From NCBI GenBank assembly GCA_973895155.1, contig OZ316897.1, positions 1,700,515 through 1,764,514 on the forward strand: a stretch of DNA of 64,000 bases. Direction: 5' to 3'. The translations under genes were made by a program, and so were the position numbers. A model generated the notes under the pieces. The model was given only the letters and a program-made list of their open reading frames with translations. It did not search any database and was not told the DNA's origin. Origin of the DNA: Marsupella aquatica. Its lineage: Eukaryota; Plantae; Marchantiophyta. This document shows positions 24,093 to 36,469 of this stretch, in pieces; positions within the stretch are counted from its first letter, which is position 1; each line of letters starts with the position of its first letter.

Positions 24093-27000
24093 TTATGGAT
24101 CCTCTATGAACTTGCTTGGCCATAATACCAAAGAACCTGCAGCATCTCCAAGTGTCTTTTGAGGAGGATCATCATTTGTGTTTGGAATGGGAAGGACAGC
24201 TTTAGGTTTCACTAGTAATGTGACTAACACTACTGAATAACCTGGGGGAATCCTCTTGCCATGGAACGTTGTGGAACCAACCTGCACTCTGCCAAATCCT
24301 ACTCGTGTTCCACTCTCATCAACAGCTAACAAGCCACTTTGTCCCTCAGCATTAGGTGCTTTCCCCACTTCCACCTTAGATCTTTCTGCCAGCACCGTTC
24401 TTGGAGGTTTGTATGAAACCATTGACGTGGCTCTGCTCCCACCAGCAGACTTGCTTCGTGTGCGCATGCTTCCTCTCTTCACAGTAGTGAAGCTAGGCTC
24501 AGTAGGTTCCTCTGTTAGGACTGTCACAGTAGCAGGTTCATCACTTGGGAGTGTCATACCAACTAACTCTTTGGTTGGATTTATCTCAACAAGAGGCACA
24601 CCTGTCATTGAGAATGATACATTCTGCAAATCATTTATCTCTGCAATGGAGTCAAGATCTACATAACATGAATCTGGCTTAATGGTATCATTGTCATGCT
24701 TGCTGATATCCTCATCTGCCCCAACATTGATATCATCCACTCCCTTGCCGATGTCATCCTCATCCAAACATGGTTGACTGCCCTCTGTCAAACAAGTTGC
24801 TTGTAGAGACTGCAACTTTGTTGCCTCTAAATTACAGCGAGTATTTGCCAGGTTCTCATACTTCTTCTCTGTAGCACTTGTCTTATTCTCTATGGACACA
24901 ACAACCACAATATATGTTACTGAAAATAACACATTCAACAAACAATGTCAATTCAAACTATACATTTAATAATCATATCCCACACAGTTGTAAAGGCCTT
25001 ACCTTCAAGCCTACATGTCGTTGGCATGCCAGAAGAGTGCATCGACTTTGCCACCTCAAGTGGTGATGGTGGAACTCCTGCATAATTGGAATCAATTTTA
25101 TCTCTCACCGACACAACAGCTTCCATTAATGTCTTGAAGTTCACATGGAACAAGTCAGTCAATGAATTCAAACGTTCATTGATCTCTGGAAGACATGTTT
25201 CGACAGCCTTCAAACGATCACTTATCTCTGTAAGTGAAGATCCACCTCCCTACATGACACAGGGGCATAGGTTCAATCACTCCATATAAAATGTTGGGCA
25301 ATATATGCACAATCAATGTTATATACAGTGTACACCTGAAATTCAACGCAGGTCATTCAATTACCAATCAGAACTCATATAACTTACATGCTTGGAGGAT
25401 TCAGATGCACCCTCTTGAGCCCGGGTGTTCACAATTTCAGCCCTGAACTCTTCTTTTGAAGGGCTTTGCCCCAATTGGGCTTTCTGCACATGCATGGCAA
25501 ACACAAGTTATCGATCAATATTCAGGGAACGTACACTAAAAAACAAAGTTTACATGTATGGGTTTACACTAAAAAATAGTACATAGTGTAGCATAAATTA
25601 CATAGCTAGGCCATTCATTCTTACCAAACGTTTAGCTGTTGGTGCAGTGCCGGTCCTTCCCGTCAGATTAGGGTTCTGAACACTCAACCTGGCCTCGGTC
25701 ATCTGTGAACTCTTCTTTTTTGAAGCATCTGTTACAAAATAAGCTACTAACCTTGCCCACACTTTATCATCACAACTGGCTGGTGGAGGCATATCTGGCT
25801 TCTCCCCACCTTCCTTCCAAGCCTTATGCATTCTCCACCTCTCTTGCTTGATGATTTTACCTGCTGTACTCTCTAGGCAACCTATGTCCACGCCATCATC
25901 ACTGCCCACATAATTCCATTTGGCAGCAACATTTTCACATACAGTCTTCCAATCTTTTGGATGCTGTTTTTTTAAATTAATAACACTCAAATTTAACGAA
26001 CGCAATACTTCAGCTTTCAAATCAGCATGCCATCGGTTCTTGCGAGGACACCCAGCATCCACCCATTGTCTCTCATTCAACTTTACGTTCCCTTTCTTTG
26101 TCACCTCCCCTCGTGCACTGCTCTCGGTAGTACTGGGCGTTGTATTGGCCACCCCTTCATTCACCCTACCTGGGGTTCTGAAGCCACCTGGGAAAATACA
26201 ATGCCATTCATGCTTGAGAACTACATATAGCAGAATGGATGACGGCAACATTCAATGCTTCACTTCAAGAAAAATTCTTCAAACATACATACCTGTAGCT
26301 CTGCCTGTAGATGCCTGTGCAGGGACTGCACTCTGAAATTGTTGCGACCCTGGACCACCTGTCCAGCCTAGTATAGGGGCCGGATGATGTCACTTTCTAG
26401 GTATGTGTGTGCAAACATATGTACTGAAAACTAAGTACAAACTGTAGGAAAACAACTGAACATTCACCGACATACCTGTCCCCCTTCCGTGCTGCATCTG
26501 CATAGGGGCATTAGTGAATACTTGAGTCGATGGTTCGACTGTCCAACCTGCACACATACATTTTCTATCATTATACATGTGCAGAATCCCCCCCACGTGA
26601 ATGGACTCTAGATATAATGAGTTCTTCCATTGCTGACAAGATCAGACATTACCTGCCCCTCTTCCAGCGTTTGTAGGTACTGTATTTTGATATCCCTGCC
26701 AATTACCTTCACCACCTTCCCAACCTTGTTCATTCCATGACCCACCACCATCCTTCCAACCTGGTTCAACCCATGTCTGTCCTTGTGGACATTGGAACTG
26801 ATCATTACTAGCATTGGCCCAATCAGGTTGGGCAGAATCTGCATGCAATGGCAGGTGGACAGAATTTCATGTTGTCTGAATCCAATACATCCCAAACAAT
26901 GTCAAAAATTGATATGCAGTCTGAAATTCAGGAGTGCCATGCCTTCACAAAGAACTGACATATAGATATATACTCACATCCCCATGGTTGAGGTGGACGT

Positions 27001-27588
27001 CCATACCCACGAGATTGTGGGTTTGGACCTGCTCTGCCTCTACCACAGGCATAACCTAGAGCTTGCCCCCTGCCATAGTATTGGGCACCAGCCTGGGATC
27101 TACCACTACTACCACCTCGCCAACCTTGATCAGAGGTCAGCCCCCCCTGCTGGTATGGTGCATGCACAGGCTTTGAAGGCAAAACAGAACTGGCAGGACG
27201 CTGCATCACATCACCAACTACAATGTCAGGAACTAAGCAAGGTACATATGTGTAGTACTGAACATATGAAACCTCTAAACAAGAGTTTTTAACTCAAAAC
27301 CTTGTTGGGAAAACTACTTACCTGTTTCTTTTGGGGTTGCTCTGCAATGTATTCATCTTCATAACCCCCATCCTCATCCATTTCCTCTGGAAAATACTCA
27401 TCATCTGCATCTTCTTGTCTAGTGTCTACACCCACCTGTGCAGCATCAATGTCATCTCCACATTCTGCCATTGTAGGTACGACCTTCTTGCTCAACCTGT
27501 CACTCCGACGCACAGGCCCAGAGATAGTGTTGGTCACCCTTCTTGCGTACTCCTTTTGTTTCTTTGAAAATGTTGTGGCTCTGCGCAT
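24093..27588 (-). CDS. CACTA TnpA/Ptta-like second gene, multi-exon (exon limits not fully resolved)
   Basis: ERWRMHKAW...PPPASCDDKVWARLVAYF...KKSSQMTEAR...TGRTG (25598-26251); C-terminal LPIPNTNDDPPQKTLGDAAGSLVLWP; many short GT-AG introns. Confidence 0.7.
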
Positions 27589-27774
27589 TCCAATATGAGA
27601 ATACAGTCACAATTTCAGTGCCACATTGAACTATTCATGTCACACAAACTCAGCGGAGGGGTGTAGTTGAGAATCGTTCCCTTACAATTCAGCCACATCC
27701 TTTTCCAGATCCAGTTCTGCGATTTTGGCTTTCACGTTCATGATATGCTCGTTGTTCCATGCTCACGACCAAAA

Positions 27775-30700
27775 TCATGCTGCGATTTTGGCTTCCCCGC
27801 TATCATGAACTACAGGCACTTGGTCTGAACGCCGACGATCAAAGGCACTATGAGAGTGTAAATGAAACTCAAGGTTTGATCCTTCCATCCGACGTTGCCT
27901 GGCCTGTTTATGACACACTACACGCCAACCTAGGGAGTCTTCCACATCCAGGAAGAAAGCTTGCTCCACCTGACTAGGAAACACAAATGGCTCAGACCAT
28001 TCGGGCAATTTCCCTCTGAAATTGGCCAGCAAGAAACCGTCGTTGTCTCTCTTCATGGTAGCCCTGTTACCAAGCCAATCCTGCCGCACCCATGAACCTT
28101 TCATAAGAATCACAGGACTGGACACCGCCCCATAGTCCAGAGCCCATATGTCAACTAATTCTTCCACATATCCCATCTCCATCCAGGCCCTGTCGTGATT
28201 GTGGCTCTGTTGCTCAAATACAGTGATGAGCCCACAGTCATTCGTCACCCTGTAGGCACTGTCACCATCCTTCACTCGAAAGTGATTCCCATATGCTCTC
28301 ATCCGTTTGTAAGTCTTCACTTTCAGGCTAGGGGCATTAGACAGTAGGTAAACATCTGCATCCATGTCTGGGTGGGTCTCGTGATGCTCTCTAATTGCCA
28401 CTCTGATCCACTCCATGAAACCTGGAAAAGTTGTTCCTGCAATGGGATGGGCCGCCTTCAATGACTCATACTCCCTGAACGAACAACCACACAGCATTAG
28501 CTTGGGTAAACATGAACAGGCTGAAGGAGAAAACCACACAAACACAATATTTAAGCTCATGAACTGGATTATAGCACATGTATGCACTCACTGTATCCAG
28601 GGTTCCATCACCACAGTGTTGTGCAATACAAAGTCATGTGCCAAGTCTCTCATAGATATGGTCAGGTTCTTTGTGGTTGCAGCCCCTTCCAGTACTTCAC
28701 CTATCACCCCTTCCTCCTCATCAGAATTCCACACCCTGGTCTTCACATGCTCATATTGTGCTATGTATTCGATCAGAAATCCCAGAGTCTCATCCTTGAT
28801 GTAACCTTTAGCCATGCTTGCTTCAGGTTTGTAATATGTTCTCACGTGACCTTTGAGTAGCTTCATGTACCGTTCCAAAGGGTACAACCAACGAGCACTC
28901 ACAGGCCCAAATTGGTGTAGCTCTTCCACAACATGGACAAGTAGGTGGGTCATGACATCAAAAAATGCGGGAGGAAAATAAATCTCCAGGTCACACAGCA
29001 CCTGAGCGACATCTTCTGTCAGTTGTGGGAAGTGTGTTTCATCCCAAACCTTCACACAAATACGACGAAACACATCACTGAGTCGCATGATCACAGTATG
29101 AACAGGCTTTTGCAACAGGCCCCTCAGGCATAAAGGCAACACCTGTTGCATCAACATATGGTAGTCATGGCTTTTCATACTACCAAGCTTTCTAGTCATG
29201 ATATGCTTCTTGAAAGCACTGCCATAGTTTGAAGGAACCTTCAAAGAACTCAACCTCTGCACAAATAGTTCCCACTCTGTGTCTGTCAGAACATAGGGCG
29301 CTTGGTACTTCAAGAGCACATCAGCTCTGTGGGCATGTGGCCTCAACCAAAGATGGGGTTTCATTCCCCTCTGTTCAAGATCCAATCTAACTGAACTAGT
29401 GTCTTTCTCTCCACACAAGAATCTGAGTAGACTCTCACAAATATTCTTTTCAATGTGCATAACATCAATGTTATGTTTGCTTGGATCAAACTCCTACATC
29501 GTTGCAATGCAAAAGCGTCAGGAAATGCCTCAAGTTTAGTCTCTCTCTTCGAAATGAATGCACATGCTCTGAACCAAAACATGTATCCCAATTAGCATCA
29601 ACTCCAAGAGGCTTACCCTCCAGTACTTGAGCTCCAAGTCCAATATGCTCAGTCTTTTTACACCATATCGCTTTATTGGATCACTCACTCCATCAACCCT
29701 GCCCCCTCGTTTGATATAGTCATCCCTCAGTGCTCCCCATTGCCTGATCTCCTCTTTGGTCACTCATGCCGGGGGTCCACGTTGCTCAATCTCATTGCCA
29801 AAGTGTGCAATCAGTGCCTGTCTTTCTCTGTAAGGGTGATCTGCCTTCAGAAAACGACGATGGCCCATGTATATCACTTTCTGTAGGGCTCTGGAGTACT
29901 CACTGGTGACATTGCGCCCACAGATAGTACAAGCACAATATCCTTTTGTTGTTTGGCCTGATATCATCCCATGGGCTGGGTAGTCAGCTATAGTCAGAAT
30001 GACAATGGCTCTAAGGATGAATGGGTTTAACCTCCCAAGCCTCTGTAGGACATCATATGTGAGAACTCCTTCCTCCCAAAGCTTTCTCAATTCCTCCACT
30101 AGGGGAGCCAGAAACACATCTATGTTGGCAGATACAGCACTGTCTGGCCCTGGTATCAGTAGGACCATCAGAACAAAAAATCGCTTTGTAGTCATCCAAG
30201 GAGGAAGGTTATAATTCAAAATAGTTACAGGCCAGCACGAAAATTTGTTGTTCTTGTCTCCAAATGGGTTTACCCCATCCAATGACAGCCCAAGTCTGAC
30301 ATTCCTCGGCTCAGCAGCAAATTCGGGATACATCTCATCTATGAGTTTCCATTGCCTTGAATCTGCAGCATGTTGTTGTAGCCCATCATCACTTTTCTTG
30401 TCAGTTGCCCAAGTCATCATCTCCGAGATGGCACGGCTTCTGAACATCCGCTAAAGTCTGGGAATGAGTGGAAAATGACGAAGTACCTTGGCGGGAACCA
30501 TAGACTTTCCTGAGTTCCGATACCTGTGCTTCCCACACTTAGGGCATGTCAACGATTCTTTATACTCCTTTCTGAAAAGAACATGCCCATCAGGACAGGC
30601 ATGGATCGAATCATAGTTCAATCCAAGATTAGATATGCATCTTTTTGCCTCGTACATGTTCTTGGGCAAAATATTACCATCTGGTAGCACAGTTGTTCGC

Positions 30701-31440
30701 AAGAATGCCAACAACTCAGAAACCAGAACGTTGGGGACATTGTGGTTGCCGCAAATGTTCAAGAACATGATGACAAATCCCAGTTTAGAACATTTGCTAC
30801 CGGGGTACAAAGACTTCCTGCCTTCCTATATTTGCAGGGGAGAGCCAAACATCCCATCATGCCCAGGGGTTTCCTGGCCTATCTCAAACTCATCAAGAGG
30901 CTCTTTGACAGGGGGCACACTTGCATCTGCAGCCATATCCTCTTCGTTGTCCAGCCCATCATGAAATGCATCCAAGTCTTGGAAGATGTCTCTCACCATC
31001 TCTTCCACATGAATTCCTTCGTCACGTGGTGCTGCCTGAGCACCATCCCGTTGGAGAGCTGACAACCCACAGAGACCAGCTACAACATTTTCAAATGCAC
31101 CAGGCAGAACCTCACTTGCCCGTCTTGCAGCATTGGCAGCATCAAATTCTAACCTCCACTCCTCGTCGGAAGAATCTTCCTTTGCAGGATCATTCCAAAC
31201 TCGATGTCATGGATCTCTTCCATGAACCGCGATATGCCGCCAAACCTCATTCAGACCCCTGGTACGGGATCCTTGGCAGATTGCACAAGGACATCTCATC
31301 CTACTGGCTCCTGAAAGTCTGGTTCGTAACCTTTCACGCTGCCAAAGCTTATTATCATGGCGCGATATCCTTGTGGGATGATGCAAAGGGAGTGCCTGTG
31401 CCCTGGGCTGGGTCTGGGGAGGGTGGTGACCAGGGTGCAT
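27775..31440 (-). pseudogene. CACTA Tnp2/TnpD transposase with in-frame stops
   Basis: RCPCAIC, IHACPDGHVLF...CPKCG, RNVRLGLSLDGVNPF, YNLPPW, DVMHIEKNICESL, MKSHDYHMLMQQ, FPPAFFDVMTHLLVH, EPFVFPSQVEQAFF. Confidence 0.95.
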
Positions 31441-31874
31441 TGTAACAGGCAGGGAGCTCTACAGTCATGGACAGCAGTGAACAAGGATGCCTAATGGTGG
31501 TATTTGTGTTCCATATATCCCTGACTGTATCTGCCAAAAGAGTTAACATAACGTGTACTAAATTCTCACAAACCCTAAACCACCCCAAAAGAAAAAAACA
31601 GGTTCGCAAGTAGTGTACCTATTGTCAAGTGAATGACACAAAATTCCTAAATGTTGGAGGGTGTCACCACCTCCTCCGCTGTCCTCAAATGTACCGCCTC
31701 TGCATGTACATTTATAGTGACACCCCCAGGCAGCAGGAAACAACAATCCGCCAACAGTAAAATAAGCCCAACTGCCACCAACCATAACAAGGTACATTAG
31801 TTCAAAGATCACATTTATTTCAATGATCTGATTTATACAAAAAAAACTTGTGTCCAAACTGATGCTACTACTCC

Positions 31875-32601
31875 TCACTCTGATTCAGAATCGCTAATGA
31901 CCCATTCCTCACTTGTTGTCTCATAGTCCTCTCTGTAAGGATCCTGACCCTTCCGTGGCCAGGCCTCAAAAAGATCATAGTCCATTGGGTTTTGACGCTT
32001 CCCAGCTGCTACTGATTCCACAAGCCAAGCATATGAAACCACAAACACATTATGGGACATGACATAAAAGCGAATGTCTCCCTTCCCAAACTTGCGGCAG
32101 GCTTTGGGATATGACTTAGTAATGACATGAGTGGTGTCCTCTGTTATATTCTCCTCCACTGTCCCACCTAGGTCAAGCACCGTGGACTTGTACACTTTGC
32201 ACTTAACCTCTCCAATTCCCGCCTCCACAAATACCATGCTCAGCCCTTTCAGAATGGGGGTTGGTTGCTTCGTCTCCTCAACCAACATACTCTTCAGCCT
32301 TCTAGAGCTCTGTCCTTTGTTGAGTATAGGTCCATATTGGACATCAGCAAGCCGTGCCTTTGCTTCCCAGACTTCTTGTTCAGCCCAAGCTGATGAAGTA
32401 GCTTCTTCATCCTCCCACAGCTCATATTGCTCAGTATCCTGTACAATCTGATGTGCTATGGAATCTGTGATCCAAGAGGCCTCAACTACTTTTAGGCCTT
32501 GCTTAGTAATTGCAGAATTCATGTAGGACCATGACCACTTCTTTATCACTGATAGCCATGTACCTGCAACAACATGTGTAGTCTCTGGAGTGATGTCCTG
32601 A
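31875..32601 (-). pseudogene. Tandem-BRCT ORF of the CACTA element, 3' part (5' part at 43456-43600)
   Basis: Two repeats of GTV..IT..TTHV...VV...W(I/L)..S; the first ~33 aa of the listed ORF are antisense LINE sequence from the inversion junction. Confidence 0.8.
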
Positions 32602-34985
32602 GGAGTTAGACAGGGCTGCCCCCTATCTAGTATCCTCTTCTCTCTTACGACCCAACCACTTATGGCCATGATCAACAAGAAGATGGAGTAGGGAGCCATT
32701 CAAGGAATGCAACTGGTGAATGGACGACACTTGTGCCATCAACTGTTCGCTGACGACACGGGACTATTCTTGGAGGCCACGGAGGAGGAATTCAGAGAAG
32801 CCAGAGCGGTCATGCAACAATTTGAAGACATCTCAGGTGCAAAACTGAACGTTGCCAAATCCCAAATCATACCGATCTTTCTCAACAACAACCAATATCC
32901 CCTTTGGTTGCAGAACACGGGATGCAAAATTGCCAAGGCTGGAGAAATTTGTGAATATCTGGGGTGCCCAATCGGATACAGAGTGCGGCCATCACATGAA
33001 GCGGAATACTTGCTAAACAAACTCTGGAAGCGCCTCAACACCTGGACTAATCGAAGCCTGACCTGGGCAGGCAGGACCGTTCTACTTAAGCATGTCTTAA
33101 GGTGATCCCGACTTATCATCTGATGGCCCTTGCCTTGTATAAAACCGGGTATCAGGAGATGGAGAAACTATGTAGAAGATTCCTATGGGGCAGAAATCAT
33201 ACGGGTGGACAGAAGAAGCCGTTGATTGCATGGGATGACATCACAGACACCAAGGAGAACGGAGGACTAGGATTTCAGACCTTTGAAAAGCAAGCTGAGG
33301 CACTGAAAATGAGGCACATCACCAAGTTGATTACAAGAGCTGACAAGGAGTGGATTACCATGGCTCAGGAAATTATACTGGGAAGCGCAAGGAAGGGACC
33401 ACACAAGAAAGTAAGGAGGCACTGGACCTGCTCGGAGGTCCTCCTACTTTGGCCTGGGATTACTATAACAGGATCTCACACTGTCAAGAATTACTTAGAG
33501 GATGGAACTCACAGTGCTCAAGACTCCAGTTTGAATTCAGACATACCGTCCTACCCCAACAAATGTCAATTGACCGGATTGTAAGCTTATACTTACGCGA
33601 CAAACACATTCCGAAACCACAGCAGATTGACCTGCGGAGGTTCCTTGCTAACAGAAGGATCAAGCAACTCACTGATTTACTTACGAGCAATGGCAATTGG
33701 ATGGAACTACAAGAGCTCACTAACCAGATTCGTAGCACCAGGAGGGTAGGAGAGAAGGAATTTGACAACTTCTATGGGGAGCTTCGATTGAATGACATGA
33801 GCATTGACATCGAGTTACACCAATGCACCGGATGGAAGTGGGCTTGGCCACAACGCAACAGGAGCTGGTCCTTCCCCACCAAAACCTGGTCCATGCAGAC
33901 ACAAGAGACAAGGTACGACATCACTAAGCTCAACAGAAGATGGGGCACGGCTGACACTCCAGCCCAATGGAGAGCGAGATGGAGAAGACTGTGGAGCGGA
34001 TGGGCACTACCAAGAATCCGCATTTTTATCTGGAGACTCATCAATCACGGATACTTCACCGACGGGCAAGCGAGCCACTGGGGAGTATGCTCTGGTATGT
34101 GTGAACGCTGTCATAGTAGCCTTGAGAACACAGAACACCTTTTCCATAGCTGCTGTAAAGTTCAGAATCGTTGGCAGGAAATTAAATCACTGCTTAGACA
34201 CACTACTATAGTGAACCAGATTAAGGACACTCTTTTTGAAACGATTAAGGTGGCTATCGTGATGCACAAACGCAATCCAGGACCATTGGTGATCCTCACC
34301 AAACTATGCAATGTTAATTGGAAGGAGAGGAACGCTCAGGTCTACTCTCAGTTCCTGGGACGGCTCCCCAGTTGGGTTATTTTGCACAACGCTAACAGTC
34401 AAATCAACACTATGAGGGCCGCCAGCACATCCACCCGTAAAACACGTCAACTACAGCGGATTTTGGATGAACTCAACTTTGTGCTCAGACCGTGGGCTAA
34501 TGCGGAAGTCCCCAGCCCTATGACCCCCAACATTTTGAATGATTGACAAACTTCAGGAGTTATGCTACAACAGAAACTGGTACACTTATACCATCGACAA
34601 AGGCAATGACTACCAAGGGGGTTTAGATGCCAAGAGCGTAGGTAATAGCAACACTAAACACAGTAGTAAATATGATCCCATTCTCACGCATTACAAACAC
34701 CAGTCGCACTGCAGCAGACAATATAGTAACCACACCCAGAGTGACAGGAAATACAACATCAGTAACTGCTACCAATTAGACAAGTTGAAGCTTAGACGGA
34801 CTAGTATCGAGAAACAGTGTAGTTTAGTCAGTACCATGATTGATTGGCTCCATTGGGAGTATTGGCCCGAGTGATCTTCGGGGGCTTGTGTCGGTTTTGT
34901 CGGGTGGCGTTTGTCCTTGGCTGTGCTATAAAGCCTTCTTTTAAAATAAAATAAAACAAAAACAAAAACAAAAAACCAAAAAAAT
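32602..34985 (+). mobile_element. L1-type LINE, 3' part (RT C-terminus, zf-RVT, 3' UTR, A-rich tail)
   Basis: GVRQGCPLS, LFADDT, YLGCP, CERC...ENTEHLFHSC; A-rich tail 34943-34984 followed by the TSD CGGTAATTTGGGTGT (34986-35000). Confidence 0.93.
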
Positions 34986-35443
34986 CGGTAATTTGGGTGT
35001 TGCCTTGGTGGATACAGGCGCGACTGCCTGCTTCATAAGTGGGCAGGCGGCAGCTCGTCTTGGGGTGGACGTGCAAGAGTTGTTACAGCCGTTAGTGTGC
35101 AAGTTTGCCAACGACACGAAGGGGATAGTGTCGAGAGTGGTTCATAGACTTCGGGTAGAGGTCATTGGCGAACAACAAAATTTTGTTAGTCAGGAGAGGT
35201 TCTACGTTCTAGACGGTCTAGCCGTAGACTTCATTTTGTCGGTAGGTTATCTCAGAAAGCACAATGTTACCTTGAAACTGGGGGGCGAAGTGCTCCATTT
35301 TCCTAATAAGGGCGGTGAGCCCATTGTTGTACACAAAATTACCAAAAATAAAGAAAGATTTCTTAAAGTAAGTAAAGTGTCGTGGATGTCTCCGTGTGTA
35401 TCGGCGAAGCAATGGTGGAAAGACTTCAAGGGTGGACATGAAT
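34986..35443 (+). pseudogene. Chromovirus aspartic protease (flipped by the inversion)
   Basis: ALVDTGATACFIS...DFILSVGYL; ...KGGHE joins CFFFHLH at 19652 across the TGAAT TSD. Confidence 0.9.
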
Positions 35444-36469
35444 TGTGGTGCGTCCCCTGCCTACCCAAACCCAAGAAACCCCCTTGCTCAAGCCGATTCC
35501 CGCAGGTTTCGTCCTTGGCGAGGCCGTTTCCGCGGTTTAGTGGCATGGGACGCTGCTAATCCTCTATTAACATTTTACACACATATATTGGACAGATCCT
35601 TCATCGGGTCATGAGATACTTAGCCGTCCTATTCTAGTCCCTCCCTTGTGTTCCTTTCCTGGTCTTCCATTAGGTATGTTTGGATTGCGCCGCCGGAATG
35701 ATCCCCAATTGGCTTGGTTAAGCCGCTAAGACCTCTCTCAGCTCGACACATCCAACTCTCACTCCCCTGCTTACTTCTATTCCTCTATTAGTTGATGTGG
35801 GCACTCTTCACACAAGTTAATGCGACACACAAATAGCAAAATGACTCATTCTGACTGAGTTATACCATGCACTTGCCATACAAACAGTACATCTCATACA
35901 CAAGCTCTGCAAACTAAGCCGTGAGGCCAACTCTATTAAGTTCTTAAGTATGAGGAAACATGAATATATACAAGGGTCACTGTATAACTAACCGAGAGCT
36001 TCTCTTACTACTTGATCCCAGCCCTGCTGGTGCAACTAAAAACTTGCTAATGAAGAGGCCCTGAACTCCCCGCAGCCCAGGTACTTATCCTGGTTGTGGA
36101 TCCGCCTGATTCCTTGCAGCGTAAGCCTAATCTACCTACTGTAATCTACCTAAGTACAGCAAGGCAGGAGCACAAGTGTCGTCCACACCCGTGGATCCGA
36201 AATCCCACTAATCTAAGTGTCAGGGCCGTCTCCTGATCCTGATCCTAAGTCTAAATCTAAGATCAGCGCCCGCCCTGCCCACTCACGCCTCCTACCTCCA
36301 CGTCCGCCCTCCCTAAAAGGGACGGCGCCCTTACACCGTCATGACACTGGTGGCTGGTCCTCAATGGACGCCCCCAACGCTTCCTCCGCAGCCACTGCCG
36401 TTGGTCCGTCCTCTGACAGATTACCTGCCCTTGACCGAGTCAACTCTTCATCGGCCTGACTGGGTCCAC
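35444..36469 (-). mobile_element. ORF-bearing TG...CA unit, copy 2, distal ~1 kb (inverted)
   Basis: Reverse complement of ~15458-16492; begins TGTGGTGC after the TGAAT TSD. Confidence 0.92.

Larger units (their letters stand above)
23235..32601 (-). mobile_element. CACTA (En/Spm) transposon, transposase-bearing part
   Basis: CACTAGAAGAA terminus at 23235; GTG TSD; more than 10 GTGAC subterminal repeats at 23270-23590; Tnp2 and TnpA-like genes. Confidence 0.93.

Noticed and set aside
31875-32699. 274-aa ORF with a hydrophobic N-terminus that looks like a signal peptide
   Set aside because: The first ~33 codons are antisense LINE RT sequence joined by the inversion.
34993-35559. Protease ORF with a novel C-terminal extension
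   Set aside because: After KGGHE it simply reads into the inserted TG...CA unit.
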